Shown here: positions 38,441 to 51,100 of the stretch, one piece after another | How the letters are laid out: each line of letters begins with the position of its first letter | How positions within the stretch are numbered: position 1 is the first letter of the stretch | Origin: Botryllus schlosseri | Lineage: Eukaryota | Direction: 5' to 3' | DNA length: 64,000 nt | Assembly (NCBI GenBank): GCA_051294905.1 | Contig: CM119376.1 | Location: 16,182,001 to 16,246,000, forward strand | Notes under the pieces: model-generated | What the model was told of the DNA's origin: nothing | What the model saw: the letters and a program-made list of their open reading frames with translations, nothing else | The model's database searches: none | Translations under genes and position numbers: made by a program

Positions 38441-39277
38441 GATTTGTACCTTGGTCATCATGATTACTTGACAACGGCAAATTTTTCGTGCTATTTACTA
38501 AACTAGTGTTTTTTTCGCCAATCTAGTGTTTTTTCGTGACATAATCTTGTGTTTTACCAGGAACCTATGGAGTGGCAACACTGCATATCATATACCATCG
38601 TGTATTGCATTACGCTGTGACGACAGCACGCATTTGTCTGATAAGCCGCCTTATTGTCTGTCCTCATTGCCCCGTTTCGGCTCTTGTTAAGATTGGTATT
38701 GTAGATTATACGACCTGTGCGTGGTTTTTCAGTAATCTCATCCATTCGCTTCTACATATTCTGTTGGAAGATTTTATATTGAAGTGATAAAACGTAGGCC
38801 AACACAACATCGTGAGGAATCAACCGTCAAACCATTGTTGTACCGCCGATATGTAGATGATATTCTTTTGTCATATTCACGAATGAGTTGGACTGTGATC
38901 AATTTCTCATTCGCTTAAACTCGCTTCACCCGGACCTGCCATTCGCAATTGAAAAATAACGAAATAACTCATTGTCATTTTGGACGTTTTAGTCGAAAAG
39001 CATGATACCAATAAATTTGAAACATCCATCTTCAGGAAACCGACATTCACAGGCCAATTCATTTAGTTCCAGACGCAGAAAAATCAACCTCATAGGCAGA
39101 CTCGTGCATAGAGCGTTGATGATATGTTCGGGTAACAAACTGAACTTAGAACTTGACAACATCCGCAAAATCCTATTTGATAACCGTAACGCAATTTAAC
39201 ACAGAAGAGTCGAACAATAGAACGAACAACCAAAGATGTTTACATCCATCTACCTTGAATTGGCCCTATTTCCACCC

Positions 39278-39464
39278 TCAGCCAGACTGTTTAGAGTCAA
39301 GTGTACCTGATTGATGCTGGTGTGATCAGACTAGATGACCTTCACGGTCTTATCGATCATTCCTATCTAATACCGAATACTGTGCATGCATATTTTCTGT
39401 ACCACCACCACTACCGTTGGTTATGTATTTTGGTTTGATGAAAATAAAGACTCTCTCTCTCACT
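39278..39464 (+). mobile_element. 3' fragment of a CR1-like retroposon inserted in the Penelope element
   Basis: Interrupts the PLE reading frame after YIHLP*IGPIST; contains GACTAGATGACCTT (CR1-type 3' motif, recalled) and ends AATAAAGA(CT)n. Confidence 0.5.
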
Positions 39465-39804
39465 CTTTGAAAGCAATTAATTTCAGCGGTCGGTAAGTGT
39501 TACGACACAGTTGAGACCAACGTGATTTTCACGACAACGCAACTGCTCCCTGCAACACGTAAAGACGTGCTTCCTGCACTTCAACAAAGTTGTATAGTTT
39601 ACGAATTTAAATGCCACTGTGATTGTGGCTACCTGGGAAGAACGTCAAAGCGTTTGCATCAGTAACGCATAAATCAGCACGTCCCTAGATTTATTAGTAC
39701 ACGCGCATCACGCTCGGTGAGAAGCTCACTCTTCACTCATCCGTCCAACATTGATACGGAACAATCAAAGGCCATAAATTCTGCGATTGCCAAACACTTG
39801 TTGG

Positions 39805-41642
39805 CAGGGTCTTAACAGCACTTCGTCACCCCCCCCCAAAACGTTGGCCTTGGGCCCCCCATGGGGTGATAAACCCAACTTCTGGGGGGGCTTCGCCCCC
39901 CCGACCCCCCTTTGGCTATCTGCTTTTTGGTGCTATTTCACATCTCCATTGGGTGTCCGTTTAGTGAGACAGCTTTTCCCGCCTAGACGCGCCAGGCGCG
40001 AAAAATTTCAGTAATTCATGATTGAATCGGGCGATATGATCGGGAATTACATATATATTGCTATCAATTTTGATCCTATCTCTGCTACGTAATCACATTT
40101 ACCGGTAGAGTGAGCTGAGCGAGGTCTGTTTTAAAACATAGGACCGCCCAATAATAATTAGACATCTTCAGGCGTATACCCGTTGGCAGGAACGAAACAG
40201 CACTTCGTCAGCCCCGCCCCCCCCCCCACAAAAACTTGGGTTTTGGGTTCTCATAGGGTGATAAAGCGACCCCTCATCACAGTGTTCGCTTTTGCCACGA
40301 AATTAGCTGCACTGTTTAGTGAGCCAGCTCGAAGCGCGAAAATTTTCGATAATTCATGATACAATCGGCCAATAAGATCGGGAATTGCATATATATTGCT
40401 ATCAATATCTTGTCCTCTCTGCTCACGTTATCAGATTTACCGGAAACTGTAGGGCCCGTAAATAATAATTAAACATCTTCGGGCGGGCGGACCCGTTGGT
40501 ATGACATCGTTACATGATTTTATTTCGTGACCTCCTATCTGCTATATCAAAAATATAGAATCGCTCAAACGTACTGAACTAAAAGACGCACACGATTTCA
40601 AATTGGTATTTCTTCACTGGCATATATTTTTTTCCTGCTGGATGGTATTTGTCTTCTGAGGTTCAGATTGCCAAGACAGGAACATATGGCGCCAGTCATT
40701 TAGGCGCCTATGGACAATTAAACCTATTATTTTGTATATATAACGAAGTTTTCGGTCTGCGTAAGGGCAGTCCGTTTCGGCCAAGCTTTTCGCGCTGCCG
40801 ATCGTTCTGGCACACTTCTTGGAGTCGCATGTAGTAAGTAGGGCTGGGCATAATGATTCGAGTACTCGAATCTGAATCGAGTATTAATTTTAATGATTCG
40901 AGTCGAGTAGTGAAAGATGATTTTTTCGAGTACTGAAATTCATCGCTCAGCGCCACTGAAAGTTAATTTATCAACGAGAATTAAGTCTATATGATACTAT
41001 TTCCCACTGTGGTAGCCTTGAAACGTTGATTGGCCGCATCGCAGCATACAAAACATAGTAAAAAGCTAAGAACGGTACTTGAAATAACACATCTACGAAG
41101 TCATGATCATCCGACAGCATGGTCACAAAGTGCAATGAAATCGGTATGGTCGAAAAATATACCAAAATATCTTCAATGTGATGGGTAACACACATTATAT
41201 TCTTTGTGGTGACATAAAAGGTACATATTTGAACTTTGTCAGATTAAATTCTGTTATGACGTCATAATTAGTGGTACTCGAATGCTCGACTCGAAGCATA
41301 ATACGTGACTCAAAATCGAATCACTCAGGTACTCGATTTTGCCCAGCCCTAGGAATAAGTCCTAAATCGTTATATATCTTGGTGCGTAGTGGCGTGTTAA
41401 TGGCCAACGCCGATACGTCCATTTCTATAAATCTTGCGTGTGTTTTCTTGGGATAGAGTACCAAATAATCAAGATATTTGGCAACTTTAAATCGCGCCCA
41501 GCGCGAAAAATTTTGGAAAAAATTGCATAAATTTTCCGAAAATACTCAATAATTTTTGCTAATTCACGAAATAATTCGGGGCCCCCTTCGAGCTCGCCCC
41601 CCCCCCAATTGGGGGGTTTGGGGTGCGGCAGTTACGGTGCTG
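39805..41642 (-). mobile_element. Second full-length copy of the 36828-38440 hAT family, inverted
   Basis: Ends CAGGGTCTTAAC...GTTACGGTGCTG; flanks CTTGTTGG/CTCCTTGG (6/8); removing it restores the Penelope GIY-YIG frame. Confidence 0.9.
40839..41351 (-). mobile_element. hAT MITE (11439-11954 family) nested in 39805-41642
   Basis: TAGGGCTGGGC TIRs; flanks GTAGTAAG/GGAATAAG (6/8). Confidence 0.9.
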
Positions 41643-42137
41643 CTCCTTGGAGTATCCCGCCTATGCGAAAAATTATCGAGACGACAGATTTCGCGTCGTC
41701 GGAAGGGGCCGTTCACACTTTCATTTGTGTGCCTTGGAGTTACTCATGATTGCCGCTGGTAATTGACTGCTCGAAAATATTCGGGTTTATTTAAAATTTG
41801 AATATATTATTCAAGTAGCACCTTTTTATAAAAGTTCACACGAATCATAACATTCCAGGGGTTCATCGCAGCATGCTAATGCACCGATAGGACACCTCGC
41901 CACCTTGCTTTCCATCCTGTCTTGCTGAGCCCTGTCAATTATTACGGGTTTGTCCCCGTGGTTCAAAATTTGCTTCGAACTATTGATATACAATACAATA
42001 ATTACATACATATAGGCCGATATGTGTAGCGGATGAGTGTGTCAGTTGATTTACAAAATGATGAACGAGGAAATTCAAATGCGCAACAACTATGCGAAGA
42101 TTCCGGATAATCATCGTTCAGGTATTCATGTAGGTTC

Positions 42138-45100
42138 TCAGCGTATCTCGTCACCGCTTTCCTTGTCTTCTATCGGACGTCTACGATATTCTAAATCTCC
42201 TTTGGCAAACACTGAATCTTCGTCGACATCAATTATCACAGAGGGCCGCTTGGAGCTGGATAATGACTCCACGTCAACATTTCGTACCAGTTCATCGTTG
42301 GCAAATGAAACCTTCCGTGATTTAGACACCAATGTTTCACTGCGATTGTCGCTGTCTGTATTGTTCGGTAAGCTTCCCGGTACTGGCCGAGACAATCGCT
42401 CTCTGAATAGAATATAAAAAGGTTGAGATTAATCAAGCCATATATATATGCCTTGCCTATACATACAATATATACATGACAAATATATCAGCGCGTACTA
42501 TATTGTGGAGTCGGTATAGACCAGAGTTCTCTAAATCAAAATAGATAAAGAACCACTTATTGAACTTAGTAAGCGCCGCAGGCCGAAAGGCTACAATATC
42601 AGAACATAATCAGCTAGACACCTCAATAAAGCGTCATTATCAACATCGTCATTTTTATCAATTCAGGACACTACCAGCATTGCAATATTGTGAAAATATG
42701 GGATGGAGTCGAAACGACTGAATGACGTCGATTAATCAGACTCCCATGCATCTGCAGGAAGAACTTCTCAAAAGAAGCATACACTACACATACACAAGCA
42801 AAGCGCATGCTCAGTGAGAAATATTCCAACAGAATTATCAAAACATTAAATCCACCCTTTACTGTAAGCAAGCTATCTCACAACCTTAGGGTACGTAAAA
42901 CGAACGCAATTACTAATTACACTTTTCACGCCACGTTATCTTCTGCTACCACACAGCGAAGTTGAAGCATACGTGTTCTCGTGTTGTAAGTATATTGTGC
43001 CTTGGTGTAGCTCATGTTTGGTGTTGCCTCGGCCGCTGAGTATCGCACGTGAAATTGATTGATTGATTGCTTACATGTTGATTGGAGTTTAGGCGGCTGG
43101 ACGACACGTGCACAATTCGCCGGCGGATCACATGCGGCGGTGGAGGGACTTTTGTTGTTGTGTTGCTGGTGTTCCCTTGTGGCAATTTATGTTATAATCT
43201 TTGTAATAAACTTCGCATATGTATGTCTCGTACAGTAACATACTAAACATCTTTAGTGAGACAACTGGAAACTGTAAATTCTTCGCGAGCCGCGTAATTT
43301 TCTCTGCGAGCCACAGGTTCCACAGCCTATCTGTAACCATTCTATGTTGGGATCAAGTCCATGTGCTGTGCATTTTCAGAGTAGGCTATCCAGTATCCAC
43401 ACTCTTCAATATACAAACGTTATTAGAAAGAAGTCAATCGTGATCGTGACTGGATAAACTAAACCGGCTCGCATCATCTCAACCACGCAGCTAAGACATA
43501 CTTATTTGACCGTTTCGACTACGCTTCGTCACTATTCCTGCGTTGCTTACAGGTCGTTTAGTTAGTTACCTGGATGTGTCAAATCCCGTTATATCCGAAA
43601 CGCTATTATCATGAAGGTATCACTAAATAATTCGTTTTGTATACCATCAATCGAAAAATCTACCCAATTGTTGCATTGCATTGAAATATGCGTCAACAGC
43701 TATAATTTTTCAACGTCGCCAGAACTGGGGATGTATCGAAATTCAACCACAAGAATTTGACCCAAATACAACTGCAAGGGGTGGAAAACAGTGGTTGTCA
43801 AACTGTGGGGTGCGCCCCCGGAACCTTTTCAGGGTATCGATGTATTCTTGAATTAAGAGATAGTTTCGTCTAGTGCTTTTCTTTTCTTGGCACGATAGTT
43901 GCGAATAGATAGGCTGAATTGAGCGAAATTGCAAAATATCATTCGTAACAAGCGTACAAATCAGGAACGGCCAGCTTAGTTTTCTCTCGGACTCGCATGT
44001 CATCATGAAAATTACCACACATGACTTGTGAGCTTCTCAGCCTCTGACCTATAGTACGTTGGTAGATTACATTATTGGAAATTCAATTCGTGACCGTGTA
44101 GTAATTATTACGCCCGGTGATCAATAACTGGATTTGCAACTCACCTTACCTTCAATGACACATTCATATACAAGACCAAATCAAATGCACTTCTTTAGTG
44201 TCCTAATTAATCTCCCTTTGTACCGGGAATAAATCGATATGAGCTGGAATATGGGCAGGGTTGCCATCGACATGGACCCAAAAACAGGAACACCGAATAA
44301 GTAGATTATATAGCATCAAATAACATTGCCTGGACATTTTTCGTATTTATGCGAGCCGTTCCGTATCACATTACATACTTTTTGCCAGAAACAATCTGCT
44401 CCAGCAACTCATTGCGACGTGCAATTGTCATGAATGATTACTGGTGTTTGGCAACATGGACTGGCGAAAAACTATTCATCGACGGGATTGAATTAATCAT
44501 TATGACACACTTCTGGTGGTTTTGGGTATTATTGTGATATGCGGTCTTTTTTGTAGCTGACGGGTTAATGCGAAACACTTGCCCTTCAAGCTTCGTTTGA
44601 TACCTTGAATTTCCCCTCACAATTGTCACAAAAAGTGTTTCCGGCTTGCTCATTTCAACTTATCGGATTTATCTTTACCAGAAGCGAAAACTAGATGTCC
44701 AATGAAATTCCGATAAATTTATGAATCATTTATAGTTTAGAGAGCTTTCTTTGCGGTTTGAGCGTGTTCTTACGCCGTTCTTACGGCGACAAAAAAGCCC
44801 AGAAAAAGACCCGACGAAAGAAAGCACTCACAATGAATGGAAAAGAACTAGTAGAAAGGCCGCGGCTTCAGAGAGATCAACATCGAAAAAAGAACTGTGA
44901 CATCGGGCACTCTAGGCCGAGGTGGATGTTAGAGTAAAGGATCGCTACTGATGCGTGTCGTTCTACATCCTCCTATCTGTTCATGACATCGCATTGTGTC
45001 TAATCGCATTGTACATTGTGTGTGACTTGTTCAGATAAAAATATAACCCAACCATGTTATGTTATGTTATGTTATTGCAACATCAATTCATAACGAAAGT

Positions 45101-48100
45101 CGAGTAATGCAAAACATAACCGTTTCATCGGACGAAAGGTAAACGCGGCGCTCGTCGAGGCAGGCAAACTATAGATAACTAACTTGCGAAGGTTAGTTTT
45201 CTGGAGTCAAACTTTGAAGAGAAAGTGTGTGATACATCTACCTACTACTAAACTTAATTACGTATATCCTGCAAGTATAACGACACTGTGCGGTGACGCG
45301 TACACATCAAGGGAATACCTTTCATTTAGGATGTCAAAAAATCTCTAGGCGCAAAAGCATAATATACTCATGGCCTCATCGCCGATAATAAGGTCATAAA
45401 TAAGGACACAAGTCAAAACCAAGACAAATCTGAGAAATGGGGACATTGTAGTTTTATCGGATATCGACCTTCAAAATATAGACAAATCTGAGAAATCGGG
45501 ACGGTATGGCAACCCTGATGATAGGCTGCGCACAACGATTCCAGTATGTAGGCGACTAGACGTAGGGTTACCATACGTCATCTTTTTTCAATAAATTGAA
45601 GGTGTCCTCGGAGGACGCCTAAATGTCCTCATTTTGGGGGATTTTGTCCTCTTTTTCTAGAAAAAGTACTAAAATGCGATCAGAAACTCGACCCCGACGC
45701 AACGAACGTCAGAGTTTCGTAAAAGAATCGAGTAAAACGGGAGTCGAGTCAAAGTGATGACAATTTTTGTAGTCAACACAGTTGTTGTTGTTGTTTAATC
45801 AACAAGAATTTGGCGCTTATCGCCTGACGGCCTTTTGCACCACGGTCATTGAACACAAAGAAAGGATGTAACACGAAACAACGATCAATAGCAAAATGGA
45901 GTAGAAACGATCAGGTGATATATGGCTGTTACACTTGTCAACACAGTACTATCGGCCGAAAAGTTTTCAAAACCCCCGGTTTTCTTTTCCTGTGCTGCAG
46001 CTTGCATAATTTTGCAAAAGTGTCCTCATTTACTGATTACAAAATATTGTAACCCAACCAGTATGAGAATCCGCATCTAGGATCAACTAAATAACTCCGG
46101 GCTAGTTTTGTGACCTGTGAGTTGATAATTTCCTGAGTACCAGAATTGTGCGTTCTTTGCGACTGCAAACTAGCGCATCAAAAGGCTTATGTTTTAGCGT
46201 CGATGGTCCCTTTCGACTGAGGGGTAGCCTTGAAACCTCGACTGACCAAATGAGCGTATCACAGTTACAGCATCTGTCAAATGTGGATGCGAAATTTCTG
46301 TGCAGTGTACCGATAGAGAGTTGCAAGATTTTCTAGTGTTTATGACGTCATCATTAATCAAACTCTACTCGGAATTGAATCAGACAATTGGTGGATTTTG
46401 CCGCGCCCAAATAGCTAGTTACGCCCCTTTGTCTTTGTGTTATTACCTCCAAATCTTATTCTAGCTATGGCCATATGCGTGTGTACCGAATTGACAACAA
46501 AGCGCGAACCTCCTAATTATTCATGAATTTTGCGGTTTCTTTTTTCCAAATCCAAAGCCGCCGGAACATTTCACCTGATCCATGAGGGCCATTAAAGTAA
46601 AGCGGGAAAGGCCTATATATTAGTGGTGAATCGCGTGCGACAATGCATTGGCTAGTCGGAGAAGGCTATTAACCAATAGTGTGCGCTTGCATATCCAGTG
46701 ACTTCGGAAATGTGCGTTTTCCAGTAGCGTTCGTAGCTTGTACTATATGTTTCGTATGCTACGATACGGCCACTCAAAGTTTCAAGGCTTCAACAGTGAA
46801 AATTAGCATCGAAACTATTATTCTCGTTGATAAATTAACTTTCAGTGGCGAGGAGCGTATGATTTCAGTACTCGTAAAAATCGTCTTTTACAACTCGACT
46901 CGAAACATTAAAATTAATACTCGATTCAGATTCGAGTACTCGAATCATTGTGCCCAGTCATAATTATGGGTAAATTATATTGAACAAACTATACTAGCGC
47001 GGGCCGGGATCAAAATTGATAGCAATATATATGTAATTCCCGATCATATTGCCCGATTCAATCATGAATTACTGAAATTTTTCGCGCTTCGCGCGTCTAG
47101 GCGGCAAAAGCTGTATCACTTTATGAACACCTAATGGATATGTGAAATAGCGTCAAAAAGAGGATAGCCAAAGGGAGGTCTGGGGGAAGTTAGGTTTATC
47201 ACCCCATGGGGGGCCCAAGGCCAACGTTTTTTGGGGGGGGCTGACGAAGTGCTGTTACGGCCGTGTATCCAGCACATTTATAACAAATGTGAAGAGTTTG
47301 AGTACCAAATACGTTCAGTAAATAATCCTTCAAACAACAAACGCCGACTACTATCATTGGACAGTGGACACATTATAACCATCGACGGCGGTGTTGCGGT
47401 TTTACTCTAGTCCCCATTATAGTACCAAATCGGTGATATTGACACCAAATTCCGAGAAGAAAAAAAGTGCAATGTCCAGAGTTTTATGGAAATGAACCAA
47501 ATGAAGTTATTCACAGAAGCGAAAACGCAAATCCGAAACTATTATATGCAGGGTTAGTGGAGTACACATCAGTTCACAAGGAATCAGTGGTCGCACTAGC
47601 AATGCTGATAGTGCTGATACACTGCCTCCAGAGAACCCCGAATGGTGATTTAATAATAATGAACTAAATTGCAACGTTCTCGGGTTCACGTTTACAGTGA
47701 AATCTTCCATGTTCATCGCAACGCATACGCAGATTGACGCCACATTACCACTAAAACAACGGTTATAGCATAGAGGTATGCCAACTTATATCGTCGCTAG
47801 GGACTAGGGATGGTGTGACCCTCTGAAAGGTTCAGGTTCGTGTGAACGCGAACATTTTCGAAAGGTTCTGTGTGAACGCGAACGTGAACCTCATCACGTC
47901 ACGTGACGTCATATTGCTAATTGCAGCCCTACATTGCAGTGAAGTGATAGCCTATATCAATGTACGGTTGTGTACACTGTACACGATACCTAGCGACGAC
48001 TCGGGCCACATAATGCCACAATGCTGAAGTACATATATTGACATATTAAACGTCGTCAAATGTATTAACTGGGGCAATCAAATGATATAATAATCCCACA

Positions 48101-51100
48101 AAATCAATATCTTCCGTCGCTTTGCCAACAATTTCGACGAGGACTTGCAAAGGAATATAAGTTTACGCCAAGGGTCGGCAACCTTTTGAGTGCAGCGTGC
48201 CAAAATGTCAAATTTTTACCAGCTTGCGTGCCAAACATTTAATTTATTAATATTTAACGTTTCAAGCAAGCAATACCACCAACCGTTTTTCTGCGGCTGG
48301 CAACGTCATCCGATACGCCAGTGATTCTTGAATTATTGGTCGCTATGGGAATAGATGTGGGTCGCTACCGCACCTATAGCACCCATCGCTTACATATACG
48401 TAATATTTACACGATTTATTTTCATTCGCGCAATGATCGATCGTCTGTGATTGATTAGGTCGCTTCCAATCTCCACTGTGTTCGGTACCATATCAATCAC
48501 GATGATATGGTCTGATGATGATGAAGAATGTGCCAACCCCTGTATTATTTAAGTTATTCAACAAATGGCACGCGTGCCGGAGGTTGCCGACCCCTGGCTT
48601 ACGCCTTAACGGTCTAGGCCGGACCGGACAATGTATTCAGCGTCTGAGTTACGTTAATATTGAGCGGAGTGCAAAACGGTTTTCTATACTTGCTACCGAT
48701 ATTACCCCATTTACAAATTATACACCAGTAGCCAACACCCTAATCGCGCGGATTTGGTTTTTATGATACAATAAACATATGAAATCAAGGTTGACCCCGT
48801 ACGACTGCTAGATGTTTTTACATCAGACAACGATGTCAATTTCATTGATTGGTTAAACAAGCATCATTAGCTGAACACTGAATAGCCATGTAGTGAATTT
48901 CGCTCTTGATGTTGTGTGATTACGGATTGTGAAGCTCACAGCAGAGAGTCACTAAATATTCACCAGGGATATCTAGTTCTAGATATCCCTGATATTCACA
49001 AACGGAAAGCTAGATATTTCGAGCAAACTTTTGTAACAAAGCAAGTAAAATGTTTGAGATTGTCAAGGTGCATGCTCGTTTAGTGTTGATTTTTATATGC
49101 TGTCCGCGCCTTGCAATAAATTTCAACCAAACATGTTATAATGAAGTTATAATCGTAATATATGAAAAAGGTTCACAGTGCAGAACCTACTAAGGTTCGT
49201 TTGTGAACGTTAACCTCTAAATTTCCGAGGTTCACACACAGAACGCGAACGTGAACCTCACTCCTTCACACTATCATTACTAGGGACCACTGATTTAGCG
49301 GTTTATAACTGTAACTGTATTCGATCGGCCAACCGTCCAATCAGTCAATTCAAGCCAATCCGACTAATCAGCCAATTCCGATACGAATAAAGGTCTTGCT
49401 ATAGAGTAGAGCCTCGATGACGCGCAACATAATGCAATGGCAGCGGTTCTTGGAACACCAGGAGTTCCCAGGAGGTCAAGACACACACTGATGATTTCTG
49501 ATGGTATTAACAACTCTGTTGATGCGCAGTTGATTTCGTGTACCAGTAATCTATAGTAATGTATTATATGTGTATTAGTTATATGTGTACCAGTATCAGT
49601 ATCAATTATATTATTATCATTTTAAGACACCACAAGACTGCGATACGATGAAAAGATAGGAAGGTGTTGAAACGACTTGGAGTAGATTTTGAAATCAGAC
49701 CTGGGCCTAGGCGCTGTAAAGAGGAGGCGTGCACAGCTGTACAGTTGAACACTGAATGAATGTGTCATGTGGTAAATTCTGTTTTTCTATGACTCAGCGA
49801 AAATTTTGGGTTGCGCGAAGTCTTGCAGATTGGAGTAAGTTTTCCGCAGGTTAGTAAACGTTAAAAGCCACTGGTATATAGACTTGGTAATAAAGTATTC
49901 AAGTGAAAAATAAGGATATTGATTTGGAGGTAACAGTATGCGATCACTTGACTGGTCATGGTCAGTGGTCAGGCTCGCGAGCACTCAGAAGGCTCAAATC
50001 CGGCCCGCGAACCAAGTTGAGTTTGACACCCCTGTTCTAACAAATATGAATCCTACATTCAGGTATTTACGGCTGGCTCGAAAACGAAAAAAAGGGTGCG
50101 GGATCATATATTCAACTTTGTCCAAGCTCACTGTCATCCTTCTCCATCGCAATGAAGTCTCCAAGAGTTTGTTTTTTTGAATTACAACATAAATCGATTG
50201 AGAGGTTACCAGGAATTGGTTTCGTTCTCTTGGTTGTATAGGTGCAGTGATACACCAATATCTTTCAATTACTTCGTGTTGGCGAGCAAACCACAAAATC
50301 AATTTTCATTGTCTTATTTATTATCTGCATTAGTTCGAACCGGGAACAATGTGAGTCGAAGCGGTTATAGGCAAGCCGTAATGACGAACTCGAACAATCA
50401 CAAATAATAATCAGCATTCCGCAAATATCGAGACTCCAGCAGGTCTAATGTGTCGCCGACAAGGAATAGGTACGGTACGATATTACTGTGTGGTATCAAA
50501 TTGCGGTATTATGATCGTACCGTACCATAACGTTTTCGTACTTCTTACTGAGCGTTTGAACATGTCGATCAGTATTATAAATACAGTCATTTTTGCTTGC
50601 AACAGTAATTTCAACAACTCCTGTGAGGTGACAAGCATCTTACACCAGAGTGTAGTTTCATGGCTTCGCATCAACCGTGAACGAGACGAGTCCATAGACA
50701 ATAGACACCAAAAAATAACACAGTATCGGCAATCGGCATACTTTGCTCAAATAAACCGTACCGTAATGATAATGCATAATCGGATGAATTGGACTACAAA
50801 TCATTCTGTGCTTCTGGACGAGAACTGCGATGTAGCCTATTTGGAAGAACTAAGCTACATGATGACTTGTTCGATGAGATTTACGATATTTGGTGAATAC
50901 CATCCACACATAGGCCATGCAGGATCTTTTTTCTACATAGAATGTTTTTAATAATGAAATTATGTCATGGATAATGATACACATATTATACATGAATATC
51001 CGAAACGAATGACTTGGCGATGCATATATCTGAAATGTGGAGGCGGCATAGGCATTAGACAACTGTCGCCCCTGCCTCCGCTATCGTAGATGCAATCATA

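Larger units (their letters stand above)
38826..41765 (+). mobile_element. Degenerate Penelope-like retroelement (RT + GIY-YIG), split by insertions at 39278-39464 and 39805-41642
   Basis: KPLLYRRYVDDI; LNSLHPDL..; SIFRKPTFTG; RKINLIGRLVHRALMICS; IVYEFKCHCDCGYLGRTSKRL; SAIAKHLL, then after the hAT insertion EYPAYAKNYRDDRFRVVGRGRSHFHLCALE. Confidence 0.88.
47805..49279. mobile_element. hAT non-autonomous element with GGTTC/GTGAAC subterminal repeats
   Basis: TIR TAGGGATGGTGTGA / TCACACTATCATTA; perfect TSD CTAGGGAC (47797-47804, 49280-49287). Confidence 0.85.

Noticed and set aside
41826-42011. Cys-containing ORF as a third exon of the orphan membrane gene
   Set aside because: The 42402 exon reaches a stop at 42138, and the only candidate donor is weak and in the wrong phase for this frame.
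42138-42402. Orphan RVxF protein as a PPP1R15 (GADD34/CReP) analogue because EIF2S1 is nearby
   Set aside because: It lacks the downstream Trp/Arg-Asp-Arg-x-Arg-Phe eIF2-alpha-binding segment of PPP1R15, and 17-kb proximity in a eukaryote is not functional evidence.
44349-44653. Short ORFs inside the 44256-45517 element as transposase remnants
   Set aside because: No catalytic or dimerisation motif could be recognised.
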